Assembly: GCF_003334305.1 (NCBI RefSeq)
Contig: NZ_QOWS01000017.1
Reading direction: 5' to 3' (one strand)
Origin: Escherichia coli
GTDB lineage: Bacteria > Pseudomonadota > Gammaproteobacteria > Enterobacterales > Enterobacteriaceae
Length of the DNA: 64,000 nt
A program made the translations under genes and the position numbers. Numbering within the stretch: the first letter of the stretch is position 1; each line of letters opens with the position of its first letter. Positions 48,761 through 63,267 of the stretch are shown here, piece after piece. Below the pieces are notes generated by a model. That model did not search any database, had not been told where the DNA came from, and saw only the letters and a program-made list of their open reading frames with translations.

Positions 48761-50959
48761 TTAAACCACATCCGGCAGCTTATCGAGCAGCTTATCCAGA
48801 GTGATGGGATAATCCCGTACCCGAATACCGGTGGCGTTATACACCGCGTTGGCGATAGCCGCGCTCACGCCGCACAGGCCCAGCTCACCGACACCTTTGG
48901 CCTTCATCGGGGAGGATATGGGGTCGGTATCATCCAGGAAAATCACCTCCTGTTTTGGGATATCCGCATGGACCGGCACCTCATACCCCGCCATATCGTG
49001 ATTAACGAAGTAGCCCAAACGGTCATCCACCGCCAGCTCCTCCATCAGTGCCGCGCCCATGCCCATAGTCATTGCGCCAATGACCTGGCTGCGCGCAGTT
49101 TTCGGATTCAGGATGCGTCCTGCAGCACACACAGCGAGCATACGCCGGACCCGAACTTCTCCCGTCGCGCTATGCACGCCGACCTCCACAAAATGCCCGG
49201 CAAAGGTCGACTGCTGGTACTCTTTGCTCAGTGTTCCGAATTCAATGCTCTCTTCCGCTGTCAGTCTGCCGCCTGCGGTGGCTTCATGTAGCGTGGCGCT
49301 TCGGGTACCGTTGGTAATCTTGCCGTCGGCAAACTGCGACTGCTCAGGATCAAACCCGACTGCCGAGGCAATCATTTCGCGAAGCTTCATACAGGCGGCG
49401 TAAACGCCGGAGGTGGAGGTATTCGCGCCCCATTGTCCACCAGAACCCGCAGAAACCGGGAAACTGGAATCGCCGAGGTGAACCGCAACCTGCTCCAGCG
49501 GTACGCCAAGCATTTCCGCTGCCGTCTGGGCCAGAATGGTGTAGCTGCCGGTGCCAATGTCGGTCATGTCCGTTTCTACGGTAACGGTGCCGTTTTGTTC
49601 GAGGTGAACCCGAGCACCCGATTTTTCCAGCAGATTATTGCGAAAGCCCGCCGCAACACCGTGGCCGACTAGCCACTCCCCGTCGCGCACCTGTCCGGGT
49701 GTGGCGTTGCGCTGCTTCCAGCCAAATTTATCCGCTCCGGTGCGCAAGCACTCGATAAGCTGACGGCGAGAGAAGCAGCGCGTCGGGTCGGCGGGGTCAA
49801 CCTGAGTGTCATTCAGGATGCGAAACTCGACGGGATCGATGCCCGCTTTTTCCGCCAGTTCGTCGATCGCGATTTCGAGCGCCATCAGACCGGGGGCTTC
49901 GCCGGGCGCACGCATGGCGTTCCCTTCCGGCAAATCAAGCGTGGCGAGCCGCAGGCCGGTATGACGATTCGCCCCGGCGTAGAGTAATTCGCTTTGCTGT
50001 ACCGCCGTTTCCGGCGTGCCGCCGGGCAGGTTTCCAGACCAGCTTTCATGTGAGATAGCGGTGATTTTCCCGCTCTGGTCGGCACCGATACGCAAGTGCT
50101 GAAGGGTGGCGGGGCGGTGCGTGGTGTTATTGGGAATAGAGGGGCGGGGGAGCATCACTTTAACCGGACGTTTCACCGCTCGGGCGGCGAGGGCCGCCAG
50201 CAGCGCATCGCTTCTCAGGAACAGCTTGCCGCCAAACCCTCCGCCGATATACGGGGAGATAATACGCACATTCTCCACGGGAACTTTCAGCGTTTTTGCC
50301 AGATCGGTGCGGCACCAGTCAATCATCTGATTTGAGGTCCAGAGGGTAAGCTTATTTCCATCCCAGACGGCCATCGAGGCATGCGGCTCCATCGCCATAT
50401 GGCTCTGGTCCGGGGTCGTGTAGGTAGCATCAATCTTCACCGCAGCGGAGGTGAAAGCCCCGTCAAAGTCACCGACGTTTTTGTCGGGCGTGTCTTCCGG
50501 CGGCTGATTGACGGCCTGTTTTTCGTCCGCCAGGGGGTAAGCTCCTTTATTACGGCGATAGTGTGCCTGCACCAGCGAGGCCGCCGCTCGCGCCTGTTCG
50601 AAGGTCTCGGCCACTACCAGCGCAATGGCCTGATGATAGTGCTCAATAGTGGGGCCGCCTAACAGCCTGGCGGTGTTTTTGTCGCCTTTGCCGAGTGCCC
50701 CGGCGTTACTGGCGGTAATGACAGCCAGTACGCCCGGCGCTTTTTGCGCGGCGTCCGTATCAAGGGCGGTGAGGCGTCCTTTGGCAATGGCGGAACCGAC
50801 GATATAGCCATAGGCGGCGTTGGGGGCCTCTTCATGCCATTCGTAGGCGTAGCGTGCCGTGCCGGTAGTTTTCAGCGGTCCGTCGATGCGGTCATGGGGA
50901 CGACCGACAACCTTCAGCTGATCGATCGGGTTTTCCCCTGCGGGTTTATCAAATTTCAT
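48761..50959 (-). CDS. paoC: periplasmic aldehyde oxidoreductase, molybdopterin subunit
   Basis: 732 aa xanthine-dehydrogenase-family MoCo subunit. Confidence 0.9.
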   Translation of the reverse strand: MKFDKPAGENPIDQLKVVGRPHDRIDGPLKTTGTARYAYEWHEEAPNAAYGYIVGSAIAKGRLTALDTDAAQKAPGVLAVITASNAGALGKGDKNTARLLGGPTIEHYHQAIALVVAETFEQARAAASLVQAHYRRNKGAYPLADEKQAVNQPPEDTPDKNVGDFDGAFTSAAVKIDATYTTPDQSHMAMEPHASMAVWDGNKLTLWTSNQMIDWCRTDLAKTLKVPVENVRIISPYIGGGFGGKLFLRSDALLAALAARAVKRPVKVMLPRPSIPNNTTHRPATLQHLRIGADQSGKITAISHESWSGNLPGGTPETAVQQSELLYAGANRHTGLRLATLDLPEGNAMRAPGEAPGLMALEIAIDELAEKAGIDPVEFRILNDTQVDPADPTRCFSRRQLIECLRTGADKFGWKQRNATPGQVRDGEWLVGHGVAAGFRNNLLEKSGARVHLEQNGTVTVETDMTDIGTGSYTILAQTAAEMLGVPLEQVAVHLGDSSFPVSAGSGGQWGANTSTSGVYAACMKLREMIASAVGFDPEQSQFADGKITNGTRSATLHEATAGGRLTAEESIEFGTLSKEYQQSTFAGHFVEVGVHSATGEVRVRRMLAVCAAGRILNPKTARSQVIGAMTMGMGAALMEELAVDDRLGYFVNHDMAGYEVPVHADIPKQEVIFLDDTDPISSPMKAKGVGELGLCGVSAAIANAVYNATGIRVRDYPITLDKLLDKLPDVV

Positions 50960-51912
50960 GCCTGTGCCCTCGCTTCAGCCAGTACGGAGGCAAGCGTTCG
51001 CTTCGCCAACAGGAGTTTAAAGGTGTTTTCAGCGGTGGGATGGGCGCTGGCGAACAGCGTGTCATATACGGCCTGCGCCCCCTGGGATAGCTGAGCATCC
51101 GCAGCCTCAATGCGCCAGGGCTTATGTGCTACTCCGCCCAGCGCGACGCGCCCGCTGCCGTCAGGCTGAATAATCGCCGCGACCGATACCAGGGCAAAGG
51201 CGTAGGAGGCGCGATCGCGCACCTTACGGTAGATATGTTTTCCGCCGAGCGGTGGAGGTAACGTCACCGCAACGATAAGCTCACCGGGAAGCAGGGCGGT
51301 TTCAATGTGCGGCGTTTTCCCCGGTGGGTGATAAAAATCAGCCAGTGTGATACTGCGAGTCTTTCCCTCCGGCGTGATGGTTTCCACCACCGCATCCAGC
51401 AACCGCATTGCGACCGCCATATCGCTCGGATGGGTGGCTATGCAGGCTTCACTTACGCCTACCACCGCGTGCTGACGGCTAAAGCCTTCAAGCGCCGCGC
51501 AGCCGCTCCCGGGCAGGCGCTTATTGCAGGGCTGATTGGTGTCGTAAAAATAGGGGCAGCGCGTGCGCTGGAGCAGATTACCTGCGGTGGTTGCCTGATT
51601 ACGTAACTGACCAGATGCGCCAGCGAGCAGGGCGCGGGAGAGTACCGCGTAATCACGACGCACGCGCTCGTGAGCCGCCAGGTCGGTGTTCCGTACCAGT
51701 GCGCCGATGCGCAGCCCACCCGCGTCGGTCACTTCAATCTTATCGAGCCCGAGGCCGTTCACATCGATAAGGTGGGTGGGCGTTTCAATTTCCAGCTTCA
51801 TCAGGTCCAGCAGATTGGTCCCGCCCGCGATAAATTTTGCGCCGGGTACGCGCTGAGCGCTAAGTGCCGCCTCGGCTGGGGTGTTCACTCGTTCATAGGT
51901 AAACGCCTTCAT
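50956..51912 (-). CDS. paoB: aldehyde oxidoreductase FAD-binding subunit
   Basis: 318 aa CO-dehydrogenase-flavoprotein-like product with overlapping stops/starts with paoA and paoC. Confidence 0.9.
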   Translation of the reverse strand: MKAFTYERVNTPAEAALSAQRVPGAKFIAGGTNLLDLMKLEIETPTHLIDVNGLGLDKIEVTDAGGLRIGALVRNTDLAAHERVRRDYAVLSRALLAGASGQLRNQATTAGNLLQRTRCPYFYDTNQPCNKRLPGSGCAALEGFSRQHAVVGVSEACIATHPSDMAVAMRLLDAVVETITPEGKTRSITLADFYHPPGKTPHIETALLPGELIVAVTLPPPLGGKHIYRKVRDRASYAFALVSVAAIIQPDGSGRVALGGVAHKPWRIEAADAQLSQGAQAVYDTLFASAHPTAENTFKLLLAKRTLASVLAEARAQA

Positions 51913-52598
51913 GATTTTATCTCCCCCGCAGCATCTTCAATGGCGGCAAGGATGTTAGCGTATGCACCACAGCGACAGATGTTGCCGCTCATACGTTCAC
52001 GGATCTCATCGGCAGTTGTTTCTGGAGCGGAAACCAAATCGACCGTGACGTGACTGGGAATGCCGTCCTGAATCTCTTTTAGCACCGCTACTGATGAGCA
52101 AATTTGCCCGGAGGTGCAGTAGCCGCACTGGAAGCCATCATGCTTGATAAAGGCCGCCTGCATGGGGTGAAGATTATCTGGCGAACCCAGGCCTTCAATG
52201 GTGGTGATCTCGGCCCCCTGATGCATGACTGCAAGCGTCAGGCAGGCATTAAGCCTGCGACCATTGACCAGCACGGTACAGGCTCCGCACTGTCCGTGAT
52301 CGCAACCTTTCTTGGTACCGATCAAATGCAGATTTTCACGCAAAGCGTCCAGTAGCGTGGTTCGGGTATCCACCTCAAGCTGCTCGGTTTTGCCGTTCAC
52401 CTTCAGTGTCAGGGGCATTATCTCTGGCGCGGGTGTAGCTGCCGGAACGCTTGCCGCCAGCGTAGAATGAGGATAAACCACGGCGGTCGCCGCTGTTGCG
52501 GCGCTCACTTTAATCAGATCGCGACGGGTCAAACTTAAATCGTGCGGCTCGTGCTTCCCAACCCGATTATCTTCGGGGTATTCGCCTTGGTTGCTCAT
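51909..52598 (-). CDS. paoA: aldehyde oxidoreductase 2Fe-2S subunit with Tat signal
   Basis: 229 aa. Twin-arginine motif LTRRDLIKV. Two [2Fe-2S] Cys clusters ([19 protein letters not shown]). Confidence 0.9.
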   Translation of the reverse strand: MSNQGEYPEDNRVGKHEPHDLSLTRRDLIKVSAATAATAVVYPHSTLAASVPAATPAPEIMPLTLKVNGKTEQLEVDTRTTLLDALRENLHLIGTKKGCDHGQCGACTVLVNGRRLNACLTLAVMHQGAEITTIEGLGSPDNLHPMQAAFIKHDGFQCGYCTSGQICSSVAVLKEIQDGIPSHVTVDLVSAPETTADEIRERMSGNICRCGAYANILAAIEDAAGEIKS

Positions 52599-53015
52599 AC
52601 CAGGCCTCCGGTATTCTAAAGGGGAAAATAAGAGTGCGTTGCGAGAGTGCTGATGCTTTTTTAAATGTTAAGCATAGTCGGCGACAGCAGGAGGATTATT
52701 CTTAAAACGCGAATGCAGCTATGAGCCCGGCTAATAAATTCATGTTCGCCGGGATGTTGATGATGATGGGAGCTGGTTTATTGCTTTAGTTGTACGATGC
52801 AAAAACCAATAAGGAAACCTGTGATTTTCAGCTCTGCATCACCCTGCAAATCTCTGTCACTTCTAATATAAAAATAGGGAGAAATGATGGAGCTTATATT
52901 CATTGGCGATTAGGAAACCATCTTGTTATACAAAACAATACAGTTCTTTACATTTGCCTTGTTTTATGAATACTCCTGAAGAGGTGTATAACATAATGGT
53001 ACAAGCAGGGTAGAT

Positions 53016-53630
53016 ATGAATATATTTGAACAAACTCCACCGAACCGCAGACGTTATGGTCTTGCTGCATTCATTGGGCTGATTGCTGGCGTTGTTTCCG
53101 CATTCGTGAAGTGGGGGGCTGAAGTTCCATTGCCGCCACGTAGCCCGGTGGATATGTTTAATGCAGCGTGTGGCCCGGAATCATTAATCAGGGCTGCAGG
53201 CCAAATTGATTGCTCGCGTAATTTTCTCAATCCACCGTATATTTTTCTTCGAGACTGGTTGGGGCTGACAGATCCCAATGCGGCTGTTTATACCTTTGCC
53301 GGGCATGTCTTTAACTGGGTTGGTGTTACGCACATTATCTTTTCGATAGTGTTTGCTGTCGGTTATTGTGTGGTCGCTGAAGTATTTCCAAAAATTAAAC
53401 TCTGGCAGGGCTTACTGGCAGGTGCTTTAGCCCAACTTTTTGTTCATATGATTTCATTCCCTCTCATGGGACTGACGCCACCTCTGTTTGATCTCCCGTG
53501 GTATGAGAATGTTTCTGAAATTTTTGGACATTTAGTCTGGTTCTGGTCTATTGAAATTATTCGCAGAGATTTACGAAACAGAATTACTCATGAGCCAGAC
53601 CCTGAGATCCCTTTAGGCTCAAACAGATAA
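53016..53630 (+). CDS. yagU: inner membrane protein YagU (DUF1440)
   Basis: 204 aa, multi-[36 protein letters not shown]. Confidence 0.85.
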
Positions 53631-53877
53631 TGCATTGAATGATAAAAATGGCGCAAATACAGCGCCATTTTTATAGGTTAAAAACATTGCTTTTTATATT
53701 CTGATGCAGATAGTCAGTGAGTATATCGCGCTACTTCAGGATGATGTAGATCCGAAGAACGCTACAGAAGAGAGGCATTGTTGCTGGCAAATAGAAGAAG
53801 TATCGGGTTTTGTTACCCCTGAAAAACGAAGCCCCGCTATTATCGCTGGCGGGGCATTGCAATTAATTATTGTATGT

Positions 53878-54207
53878 TTATAACGGTGTCAGCCCGTATT
53901 TAGCCCTTGCACGATTGCAAGCCTCATTGACGACTCCGTTCTCACCAGACATGGCGAATTCTCTGCATGTGGACGATCGATTTTTATATATCGTGCAGCA
54001 GGCATTTTTGCCCGGGGTTCCTGCAAGGGCAATACATCGGGGGTTTTTCTGATTGGTACCGCTCATGCATCGGTGAAAAGGGGATATTTGTTCAGTGAGC
54101 CTGGCGGGAATAGTACCGCCAGCATCGTCGGCTTCGGCCCAGTAAAAAGAGACGCGGAAAAATGCACAACAGGCACCACACGTCATGCATGGATTCAGAT
54201 TGCTCAT
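53878..54207 (-). CDS. ykgJ: YkgJ zinc/iron-chelating Cys-rich protein
   Basis: 109 aa, [15 protein letters not shown]... CxxCxxCC motif. Confidence 0.85.
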
Positions 54208-54519
54208 AATTCACCAGTACAGCTAAAAATCGTAAAGAGAACAGCGGTACATCGTATGTAAGAACGTACCGCGGTTGGCTGGGGAACTTTCGATAGTGTG
54301 AGTATTGAATGATTTCCAGCCGTTACCGATTTTACGTACTAATTCGTGATTAAACCACTCGTTAGCAGGCTGCCTGATACCTTTCCGTGTCTCCTGAACA
54401 CTATGGTGTGCATATGAGAAAGCCCATCGTTACAGGTGATATTGACGATCGCTTCCACATCATTTAAACGATTTTTGGGGCTCTGAGGTGGAATTCTTCC
54501 CTCGACCGATGGATAAGTC

Positions 54520-55230
54520 TTAGTCCGCCGAAGGGGGCTTAGCCGGACAGGAATCGCTAATCTTAATGAATTTGTCGTTATAGACCAGATAATGATTCCC
54601 CGGCTGACGTAACTCAGGCTGATGAACCACGTCTCCCGGACGTAGATACCAGGCATCGCCTTCCTCTTCGGTCGAATCACATCCTGGCTTAATCAGTAGC
54701 TTAAACCATGTGTTGCCAGTGTTACTTACCGTTCCTGTCACCTTGTCGAAGGACCATTTAAACTGAACCTGACGTGGTCGTACTACCAGAATGGTATCCA
54801 TCACCACCACCGGCTCCGTGCTGACCTCGCCGCCGGTTGGGCTACGTCTTGTCTGGTTACGAGTGGGGACTTCGCGAAATGAGACCCGGTAGTAGCGCTC
54901 GCGGTTATCCCGTGGACCATGATAGTAAAATTTAAAATACTCGCTCTCACCAGCCTGCAACGCCAGTTGGCGGGGGGCGAAAAGCAGTTCACCATCCACC
55001 GGTCGGGTGCGCAATTCACTGCTGCCCGGGCTATCAATAGCACTGATGGCAATACGGTATATCCGTGCGCTTTTGTTGTTATTCACTACACGTTTGCTGA
55101 CAAAGTCAGTCTCGGACGGCAGCGAAAATGTCAGATTGCCGACCGAAATCGCCTGTGTCAAAGGTGCCGCCAGCATACAGACCGCTGTCAGCAGGGCTTT
55201 AGTTAATGTTACGCCACGTCGCCTGAACAT
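54520..55230 (-). CDS. ecpE: E. coli common pilus chaperone EcpE
   Basis: 236 aa from [27 protein letters not shown]. Last gene of the ecp operon. Confidence 0.85.
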   Translation of the reverse strand: MFRRRGVTLTKALLTAVCMLAAPLTQAISVGNLTFSLPSETDFVSKRVVNNNKSARIYRIAISAIDSPGSSELRTRPVDGELLFAPRQLALQAGESEYFKFYYHGPRDNRERYYRVSFREVPTRNQTRRSPTGGEVSTEPVVVMDTILVVRPRQVQFKWSFDKVTGTVSNTGNTWFKLLIKPGCDSTEEEGDAWYLRPGDVVHQPELRQPGNHYLVYNDKFIKISDSCPAKPPSAD

Positions 55231-56842
55231 GAATCTCTCCTGAAGCGCTGACTTCGCCAAACCAGCCGTTATCATCTACCGTACGCAGCGAAATGGCGTT
55301 ATCCATTGGAATCGAAAATTTGACTGTGGTCTTATCCATCTGCCCCACTTCGCCAGAGATATCAGTCCACGGTGTGGTCAACCACAGCGCATCGGTCATA
55401 TCCCGCCAGCTATCATCGCACCCGGCATCGTAGGTTTTTGTAGCTCCGTTGCGGGTAATAAAGGAAAGTGTCGCCGGGAACGGTACTTTCGCCTTACCGT
55501 CATCGGAGCTGAAGACACAATAGGAGCGCCCGCCAATCACCTGCGCGGGTCCGGTCACCTTGATCAGCACTTCGTCGGCAGCTGTTTTACCGCTGGTGGT
55601 TACGATATAGCCGAAATCGAGTGCCGACTCGCCGCTGCCAACATATCCCTCCCGCGACGGTGTCTGAGTATATTCATCGGAGATAATACTGATGCTGAAA
55701 TCACGGGGTTTGATAATCAGCGTGTTGGAGGTAGAAAATTCATACCAGCCAGACTCCGGTGATGTGGTGTTCTGAAAGCGAAAGTTGAATAGATCTTTGG
55801 TGTTGATATCGCTGATCCCGAGGTTCACCATCTGCTTAAAGAAGTTGCTCGAGAAGAAAACATAGATCGAGTCTGCGCTCTTCATCTCGTTGAAGGTGTA
55901 GTAATAGGCGGTATTGCTCACCGGTTTCCATGAACTGCCATTCAGACTGAACTGCATATCGTACGCCCCGACGGCCGAGGCTAACGACGAGTTGGCGATC
56001 GCCGGGAATATATGGATTGAGGTGTTGCTGAGTCCGTTTGTTTGCAGGGTATAGTTGACCATCTTACAACTTAATCCTGAAAGGCTGCCGATGGTCTGTG
56101 TCCGGCAGTCGGCGTTCCCTTCGCCCAGAGTCGGTACTCCGTCGCTGTTGATAAATACCTCCGCCAGCGAGTGGGTATTTATTAACCGCAGATTTGCTGC
56201 TTTCGTATGGGTGACGTTGCGAACATACCAGTTGCCGGTGGCCTGATCCTTACAGCGTGCGCCGCTGCTGGCGTCATAGTTCACAGAGGTCTGGCAGGCA
56301 TTGATGGTCATTGTAAAGCTGCTGCCGACGGGCATTTGTTGCAGATACTGGTAAAACGCGTCTGACAACATGCCGTGCATCCACTTCGCGCCGCCGCTGG
56401 TCACCGTCGCGCCATAAAATCCACTGGCGTCGGTGGTTTGCGGCAGGATAAGACTGGTGGTCATATTACACCCAGCGTACCAGTTGATGCAGCGCAAGCC
56501 AGTTAAAGGAGATGAAACTGGTGAATTTTCCAGCCACATATCAAACTTCCAGTTGGTATAAAGGCCGGTGTTGTAACCGTTATCAATGTAGCCGAGGCTT
56601 TGCTGATAGATGGTTCCTGAACCAGTGTATTTTAAACCGGTCCAGCGGTTGGCACCGGTCAGGCGCGGATCCAGCGCCCCGCCAGGAGTGACGAAAAAGT
56701 TGTCGTCTGAGTTGTTTTCGACAAACACAAACTCGCGTGCCGGTGCATCCGCCCAGGTTGTTTTGCTCACTGCCGCTCTGAGCTCAGTTACTGGCCAGAT
56801 TAGCGCGAAAATTATCATCGTTATTAGTAGGTTAACTCTCAT
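55199..56842 (-). CDS. ecpD: ECP tip adhesin/polymerised fibre subunit EcpD
   Basis: 547 aa with signal peptide. Position within ecpRABCDE. Confidence 0.85.
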   Translation of the reverse strand: MRVNLLITMIIFALIWPVTELRAAVSKTTWADAPAREFVFVENNSDDNFFVTPGGALDPRLTGANRWTGLKYTGSGTIYQQSLGYIDNGYNTGLYTNWKFDMWLENSPVSSPLTGLRCINWYAGCNMTTSLILPQTTDASGFYGATVTSGGAKWMHGMLSDAFYQYLQQMPVGSSFTMTINACQTSVNYDASSGARCKDQATGNWYVRNVTHTKAANLRLINTHSLAEVFINSDGVPTLGEGNADCRTQTIGSLSGLSCKMVNYTLQTNGLSNTSIHIFPAIANSSLASAVGAYDMQFSLNGSSWKPVSNTAYYYTFNEMKSADSIYVFFSSNFFKQMVNLGISDINTKDLFNFRFQNTTSPESGWYEFSTSNTLIIKPRDFSISIISDEYTQTPSREGYVGSGESALDFGYIVTTSGKTAADEVLIKVTGPAQVIGGRSYCVFSSDDGKAKVPFPATLSFITRNGATKTYDAGCDDSWRDMTDALWLTTPWTDISGEVGQMDKTTVKFSIPMDNAISLRTVDDNGWFGEVSASGEIHVQATWRNIN

Positions 56843-59357
56843 TCTCTTCTCCTGTCTGCGTCACCGCCGCCCACGATGAGAGGCCGCTGCAGACCACATC
56901 ACCGACCCAGACGGCACCGCGCGCCTGGTTGAGTTCCAGTGCCACTTCGCAGGTTTTATTGCCACTGTAGCGAAAATCGATAGTGGGATATTTCTTATCC
57001 ACGTCCATGACAAACTCGCCGTTTTCATCGGTTCGGGTTCGGCCGATATGGTTGTTAATCCGTGCGTTAGCCAGCAGTGTGCCGTCTTCCGCACGGATAC
57101 GACCGGAGACGGTAACCATCTGCTTCACCTCTGGCTCAATGACAGCGACATTGCCTGGATAGAGAGTCAGATGGCTTTTGCGGCCGCTGACGATATCGTA
57201 GCTGTCGAGTGAGTTTTTGCTGTTCTGTAACTCCACCTCATATCTTCCATAGGGAGAGAGCGGGAGATAGTTACGCTTGCCGTTAAGCGGGAAAATCCGC
57301 CCGTTGATTTTGGCGCTGATCTGACCGTCGTCCTCCAGCCCGGTGTTGAATATCACCCCAGCGTTGCCATCAGTCCGCCCGCTGGCAGCGATGTTTTTAC
57401 CCTGCCAGCCGACGCTGCCATTGGCGGTCAAGTTGGTATTGATGTAGCCGTCCGCCGCGCTATTGACGTTCAGCGTTCCGCTGGCGTAACGAGCGTCGAA
57501 CTGTGCATACGCCCCACCGCTGAGGGTTTTGTCATCACCGGTATCGCCGGAGATGGCACGTGACAGATTGGCACCAACAGTGCGAATGGTTCCTTCATCA
57601 AACTGTTTGCGTGCTGACAGGTTTGCCATGGTGTAGCCGTTTTGATGGGTCATCCCTGCGCTAAACCAGTTGCCCAGTGGTAGCGAGAGATCGAGAGCGA
57701 TATATTTCCCTGTATTGGCGTTGCTGTCGCCGTTGTTATAGCGCTGAATACCGGCCCGCAGGCCAAGCGAACCAAAGGTACCGCTGTAGACATTTTGATA
57801 GTAATCTGCCGTGTAATAATGGCTGTTGTAACGGCGGTCATCATTGTAGCTGATGCTGAATGTGCCCAGCTTCGACCACAGTGAGTTCAGGTTGAGTGTG
57901 CCGCCGATTGCACGGTTGTCGGCATCGCTACGTCGCAATTGATTGCCAATGCGGGTTTTTTCCTGGTTAACCCACAGCGAACTAAAGCCTCCCGGTAGAG
58001 TGGCGCTGATGCTGCCGATGCTGCTCCATGAGCTGTCACTGGCCAGCATATTTTGCAGGTTAACGTTGATCGCCCCCCCAAGCGGCAGCGTCAGACGGGT
58101 TTCACCCACCGCCTGATTATCGTATCCATATCCCGTTGCCGCCCAGCTAAGCGTACTCAATGAGCCGGAGGTCGAGGCACCTGCTAGCCAACTCTCTTTA
58201 GCTGGTCGCGTCTTTTTCCCGTTTTCCGACCAGCGATCCATATGAAAGCTACCGCCCCATACCTGCCACGCCAGTGGTGCACCGACGCCGCGCCCCCGGC
58301 TAAACAGCTTATTGACCCGCTGGGGGCGTTTGCTGATCACGCGACCGTTAACGATCACCTCAACTTCCACATCGTAAATCCCGTACGGTAGACCCCGGGT
58401 ATCCACTTCATGATTGCCCATAGTGAAGTTCTGAACGCTTAGTAGCCGCCCATCACGGGTGAGATGTACTTCGCCCGCCGCCGGTAAAAAGGCGATCACT
58501 GGCGTGGCTGACTGGCTGCTGTCGAAGATGGTGGAGCTGGCCTGGTTTCCCCAGGAAAGGCCGTAAATCTTCCCTGCTGAAATGGCGGTCATCGGCCCTA
58601 AGGACTGCAAGTTCCAGGTGTCGAGCATTCCACCGGCAAATCGGTGACCGGCAAAATCGCGTTCATACATCGCTTTATATAATTCACTGTCCTGTTGACC
58701 GCTACCGATCCCGTACAGCGAGCCGTCGAGCACCACATGATGTTCGCGCAGCGCAGTAACGTTATTCAGCGACAGATAGCTGGATGTGTTGCTCCCGCCG
58801 TTACGCAACTGGTTGTTATAGACGCCCAAGTTATAGCTCAGATTACTGCTGAGGGTGTTAACACTGGACTGCCCGATGTCTTCGCTACGTGAGCGTAGTA
58901 CGGTGCCCAGCGCTTCGCGCTTGACCACCAGCTGCAGCAGCAGTTGGCGCAAGCTGAGATCCAGCTGCGCGTTGTCAGTCAGGGGGATGGTAAGGGCCTC
59001 ATTGAACGGGGCGTTGGCCAGAGCCATCAGCTGCTGTCGAGTTTGTTCGCTGACACTGGCGTTATCTTCACTCTCTTCCAGCTGTATTTTCCGGATGCGT
59101 AGCTGTCCATCATCCAGCCAGATAAAAGCGCTGCCGATTCGCTGATCGTCCTGGCGACCCTGGCTACCGGCGAGATGAATATAGAGCGGGACGCTCATGC
59201 CGTCCTGAAGCGCCTGACTGAAGGCCTGCGGAATAATCACCCCACCTATTTGCTGCGCACTTATGTCAGCAGCGCTGGCATCGGGTTGAACGAACAAAAA
59301 GACCATGCCGAAGGCAAACTGGGCTTTCAGTCCTGGGGAGAACCGTCGTAAAGGCAT
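56832..59357 (-). CDS. ecpC: ECP outer-membrane usher EcpC
   Basis: 841 aa usher-sized beta-barrel protein. Confidence 0.85.
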   Translation of the reverse strand: MPLRRFSPGLKAQFAFGMVFLFVQPDASAADISAQQIGGVIIPQAFSQALQDGMSVPLYIHLAGSQGRQDDQRIGSAFIWLDDGQLRIRKIQLEESEDNASVSEQTRQQLMALANAPFNEALTIPLTDNAQLDLSLRQLLLQLVVKREALGTVLRSRSEDIGQSSVNTLSSNLSYNLGVYNNQLRNGGSNTSSYLSLNNVTALREHHVVLDGSLYGIGSGQQDSELYKAMYERDFAGHRFAGGMLDTWNLQSLGPMTAISAGKIYGLSWGNQASSTIFDSSQSATPVIAFLPAAGEVHLTRDGRLLSVQNFTMGNHEVDTRGLPYGIYDVEVEVIVNGRVISKRPQRVNKLFSRGRGVGAPLAWQVWGGSFHMDRWSENGKKTRPAKESWLAGASTSGSLSTLSWAATGYGYDNQAVGETRLTLPLGGAINVNLQNMLASDSSWSSIGSISATLPGGFSSLWVNQEKTRIGNQLRRSDADNRAIGGTLNLNSLWSKLGTFSISYNDDRRYNSHYYTADYYQNVYSGTFGSLGLRAGIQRYNNGDSNANTGKYIALDLSLPLGNWFSAGMTHQNGYTMANLSARKQFDEGTIRTVGANLSRAISGDTGDDKTLSGGAYAQFDARYASGTLNVNSAADGYINTNLTANGSVGWQGKNIAASGRTDGNAGVIFNTGLEDDGQISAKINGRIFPLNGKRNYLPLSPYGRYEVELQNSKNSLDSYDIVSGRKSHLTLYPGNVAVIEPEVKQMVTVSGRIRAEDGTLLANARINNHIGRTRTDENGEFVMDVDKKYPTIDFRYSGNKTCEVALELNQARGAVWVGDVVCSGLSSWAAVTQTGEENES

Positions 59358-59382
59358 TGTCGTTATCCATCTGCACAGCTAT

Positions 59383-60051
59383 CTATTTCACGGGAATGAA
59401 CTTATCACCCTGCCAAAGTGCAACCCGTCCTTTGTTATCCGCAGTGTCCACACGGGTAAAACGACGCGACTTGCCCGGCATCAGGTAGTAATTCTCTTTA
59501 CACTCCTTACCGTTGGCGGCTTTCAGGCAAGGGCCGTAGGCGAGGATCCGCAGCGTCGCATTTCCTGTATTTGTCAGGGAGCCGTTGGCGTACTGAAAGT
59601 GGTAGTTCGCCTGGCGAGGGGCGACGACCAGAATGGTGCCGATGCGGGCGGAAGCAGTGGCCACAGCGCTGCGGTTGGCATTATCGCGCTGCGCATCACT
59701 GAGGGCCTGATCAAACCAGACAATGCGGTAGTAGCGCTCTTTTTCATCTGCGGGTCCCTTATAGAAGAAGCGGATCACTTCGCTGGCTTGGGCGGGTAGC
59801 AGCAAGCTGGCGGGAGTGAGTAGCAACTCATCCGGCTTGTCCATTGAGATAACCTGCCCGTCGTCAAGCGGTGAAGAGAGCCGTTCGAGACGGATATTGA
59901 TAAGGCGACCACTGTCGGTACTGTTTTTGATCGTTTTGCTCAGCGTGCTGCTGTCACTGTTCATAAACGATGATATATCGCCGACATCCAGCGCCTGGGC
60001 CGGAGGTATTCCGGAAAACAGCAGAGCGAGAGGCAGAAGGTGCTTTTTCAT
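59383..60051 (-). CDS. ecpB: ECP periplasmic chaperone EcpB
   Basis: 222 aa with signal peptide. Confidence 0.85.
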   Translation of the reverse strand: MKKHLLPLALLFSGIPPAQALDVGDISSFMNSDSSTLSKTIKNSTDSGRLINIRLERLSSPLDDGQVISMDKPDELLLTPASLLLPAQASEVIRFFYKGPADEKERYYRIVWFDQALSDAQRDNANRSAVATASARIGTILVVAPRQANYHFQYANGSLTNTGNATLRILAYGPCLKAANGKECKENYYLMPGKSRRFTRVDTADNKGRVALWQGDKFIPVK

Positions 60052-60108
60052 AACAATTCCGTCCAGGAATAAAGCAGGGGGGCTACCCCTGCTGGTACAT
60101 CAGAGAGA

Positions 60109-60696
60109 TTAACTGGTCCAGGTCGCGTCGAACTGTACGCTAACGTCGCCGCTCCAGATGCCTTCCGGTAGAGTGCTGTAATCGGTTACTGCGGTGGTAC
60201 CATTGGTGGTGCCGCTGATGATGGTGAAGGTGAAACCATCCTGTGCGGTGGTACGATTGCTGGCATTGTAACCGTTAGCCAGCGGGCTAAGGTTGCCGCC
60301 CAGTACGCCGTTGGCGGTATCGATCATCACGGTATCGCCAGTTTTTTCGACTGCCGCGCCGTTATAATCCACGCCCACATTCAGTGTGGAACCTGAGGTA
60401 TCCAACTGGGTTAATGTGTTGGTGATAAGACGTGAGGTCAGTTTAAAGGCGGTAGCCGTTGAGTCACCCTCGATAGCCACGTCAAATAGACCTTTCTGTG
60501 AGTTAAAACCTTTAATGCCTTCGGCATACTGGAACGCCAGGCTACCGAGTGGCGTCACAACCAGCTTACTGGTGGTGTCTTTTTTGGCTGTTGCCGACCA
60601 GGTCGCTACAGCCTGAGCTGTTACGTCAGCAGCCTGCGCCACACCCATGCCGGTAAACACCGTTACCAGAGCTATTGCCAGAACCTTTTTTTTCAT
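60109..60696 (-). CDS. ecpA: ECP major pilin EcpA (MatB)
   Basis: 195 aa, [35 protein letters not shown]. Confidence 0.9.
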   Translation of the reverse strand: MKKKVLAIALVTVFTGMGVAQAADVTAQAVATWSATAKKDTTSKLVVTPLGSLAFQYAEGIKGFNSQKGLFDVAIEGDSTATAFKLTSRLITNTLTQLDTSGSTLNVGVDYNGAAVEKTGDTVMIDTANGVLGGNLSPLANGYNASNRTTAQDGFTFTIISGTTNGTTAVTDYSTLPEGIWSGDVSVQFDATWTS

Positions 60697-60770
60697 TGCA
60701 TTTCTTCCCGAGTTGAATTGAGGACGTGATGTCCCAGTGAGTCATTTTTTAAAACTAACTTGCCTGGAGT

Positions 60771-61382
<612 letters not shown>

Positions 61383-62131
61383 TTACAGGTGCATTCAGTT
61401 TCCTTAGTAAACCGGAAGTAAATAAGATACGTAGTACATATCAATAAAGGTTAAACGAGATTAAGTTTAATTATTTTCGATTGGGCTTAAATTTATGTTT
61501 TTTTCCCGATGAGTGTCAATATGTGAACGGAAAAGGAATTCAATGGTTAAGTCAATATTTAGAAAAACTGAAAATATTGCTTTTTTGATAAGAAGAAAAA
61601 GACATTTGGTTTCATAAGGTTATTGGCAATATAACGTTCAATTCTTACTTGCATTTTATATTGGTCAGGAACTTTGCCCTGAAGTGTTAGGAATAGTCTT
61701 AATGCGCTGTGTGATGGACTAGTAAAAAAAACAAGTTTTAAGGGTAAGGGATAGAATATAAAACTATAATGAGCTGTCATTGAAGATGATTTGCCAATCA
61801 GTAAGAAATTTTAATGGATTAACATGCCGCACAAAATGGTTATAGGTGTTCATTACAATAAGTGATGGAAAATTGAACGGGCGTATGTACGTCATCTGTT
61901 CGGTAAGACCCCCAAGAGCCAGATTAAGTGAAGTTAAACGAAGGCTGCCAGCTGTCACAGGAACGATGGCCTCTTTGTCAGGGCACTGAGTGCAGTTATC
62001 TGTGCGCGTTACTCTAACTGGCACTCGAACGTCGGCGATGGGCTTACCGGTGGATCAAACTGTTCCTGTGGCGTAAACGTTTTTATGTTAGTACCAACAG
62101 ATTTACCACATTTATCATCTTAACAGTTTGA

Positions 62132-62365
62132 GTGAAAACGCAGGCTGCGCCGCAAAGGGAGGAGACTGAGTGGCGTGTTCAGTCTAAAAGAGGGTTGATG
62201 CCAGCATACAGGGGCGAAGCTGGTCAACAAGTCAACATTAAGATAATGGAATATTCGGAGAGAAACGTCAGGCAGTTGGCCTCAAATGAACAGGAAGAAT
62301 ATATCCCCAGGAAAATTAATGTTGGTGTTATAAACACACCAACATTAATCCGATCTGATTATTAA
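62132..62365 (+). CDS. ykgL: YkgL-like small protein
   Basis: 77-codon ORF at the position of K-12 ykgL (recalled). No domain recognised. Confidence 0.45.
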   Translation: MKTQAAPQREETEWRVQSKRGLMPAYRGEAGQQVNIKIMEYSERNVRQLASNEQEEYIPRKINVGVINTPTLIRSDY

Positions 62366-62399
62366 TCAGACAAATATCGTTAATTCGTCGAATTTTGAA

Positions 62400-62540
62400 T
62401 CAACGTTTTTTCTTACGACCCTGAACGGCCTTAAAACGTGGATTAGATTTACAAATCACATACAACCGTCCTTTTCGCTTCACAATCTGACAGTCTTGAT
62501 GGCGTTCTTTTGCGGTACGCAGAGAGTTAAGAACTTTCAT
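62400..62540 (-). CDS. ykgO: zinc-independent ribosomal protein L36 paralogue
   Basis: 46 aa [46 protein letters not shown] on the minus strand. The start overlaps the ykgM stop by 1 nt. Too short for the ORF track. Confidence 0.85.
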   Translation of the reverse strand: MKVLNSLRTAKERHQDCQIVKRKGRLYVICKSNPRFKAVQGRKKKR

Positions 62541-62806
62541 TACGCCCCCTTTTTCGTGCTAACAAAACGACCAAAACGTTGGGTGAACCGTGCAACATTT
62601 CCTTCTGATGCCACTGTTCTCAGCTTCCCTGTATAGAACGGGTGCGATTTCGAAGAGACATCAATTGTTACGTACGGATACGTTACGCCATCCAGCTCAA
62701 TCTCACGGTCTGTTTTGATAGTCGAGCCGATTTTAAAGTACTCATCAACACTGGTGTCGTGGAACACCACAGTACGATACTCAGGATGGATATTGGGCTT
62801 CATCAT
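62540..62806 (-). CDS. ykgM: zinc-independent ribosomal protein L31 paralogue
   Basis: 88 aa, [29 protein letters not shown]. Lacks the CxxC zinc ribbon. Confidence 0.9.
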
Positions 62807-62814
62807 TTTTACCT

Positions 62815-62832
62815 GTTATGTTATAACATAAC
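62815..62832. promoter_or_regulatory. Zur box upstream of ykgM-ykgO
   Basis: Perfect palindrome GTTATGTTATAACATAAC 9 nt upstream of the ykgM start. ykgMO is a known Zur target. Confidence 0.7.
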
Positions 62833-63165
62833 CATAAAGATACATGCTCATCCGGATCATTTCAACACCCAATCCCTGTGACTCTTTGTGGATGTGGAAT
62901 TTTCGCAACGGGGAACTCTGGCATTGTTAGCAGCCATTGGTGACGCTCCCATAAACGCCTGGATGAGTGATTGATGATGGTTTTGCTGAGAGTATGGATT
63001 TTTCGACAATGGAGGTTATCTCCACTTTACTGGCCGATGATTTATCGCAGTATGATTGATTACCTGACAGCGTGTATTCCTCTCCCACGGATATAATAAT
63101 TACTTACAAAAAGGGAGAGGATGCATATTTTAAATATCACTGAAGTGAACAGTTTATTGCCGTTA

Positions 63166-63267
63166 TTAATAGAAATGGAGAAATAAATAGGCGTATTCTA
63201 CAATTGCGACAAAAACAACGATATTAATCAGTTTATGACTGATTTGTTGTACTTTATTCTCTTTCAT
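63166..63267 (-). CDS. ykgR: small membrane protein YkgR
   Basis: 33 aa MKENKVQQISHKLINIVVFVAIVEYAYLFLHFY on the minus strand. Matches the recalled K-12 small protein. Confidence 0.6.
   Translation of the reverse strand: MKENKVQQISHKLINIVVFVAIVEYAYLFLHFY

Noticed and set aside
61559-62024. 73-aa and 86-aa minus-strand ORFs upstream of ecpR
   Set aside because: They lie in the long AT-rich regulatory region upstream of ecpR. They have no RBS or recognisable domains, and K-12 has no genes annotated there as far as I recall.
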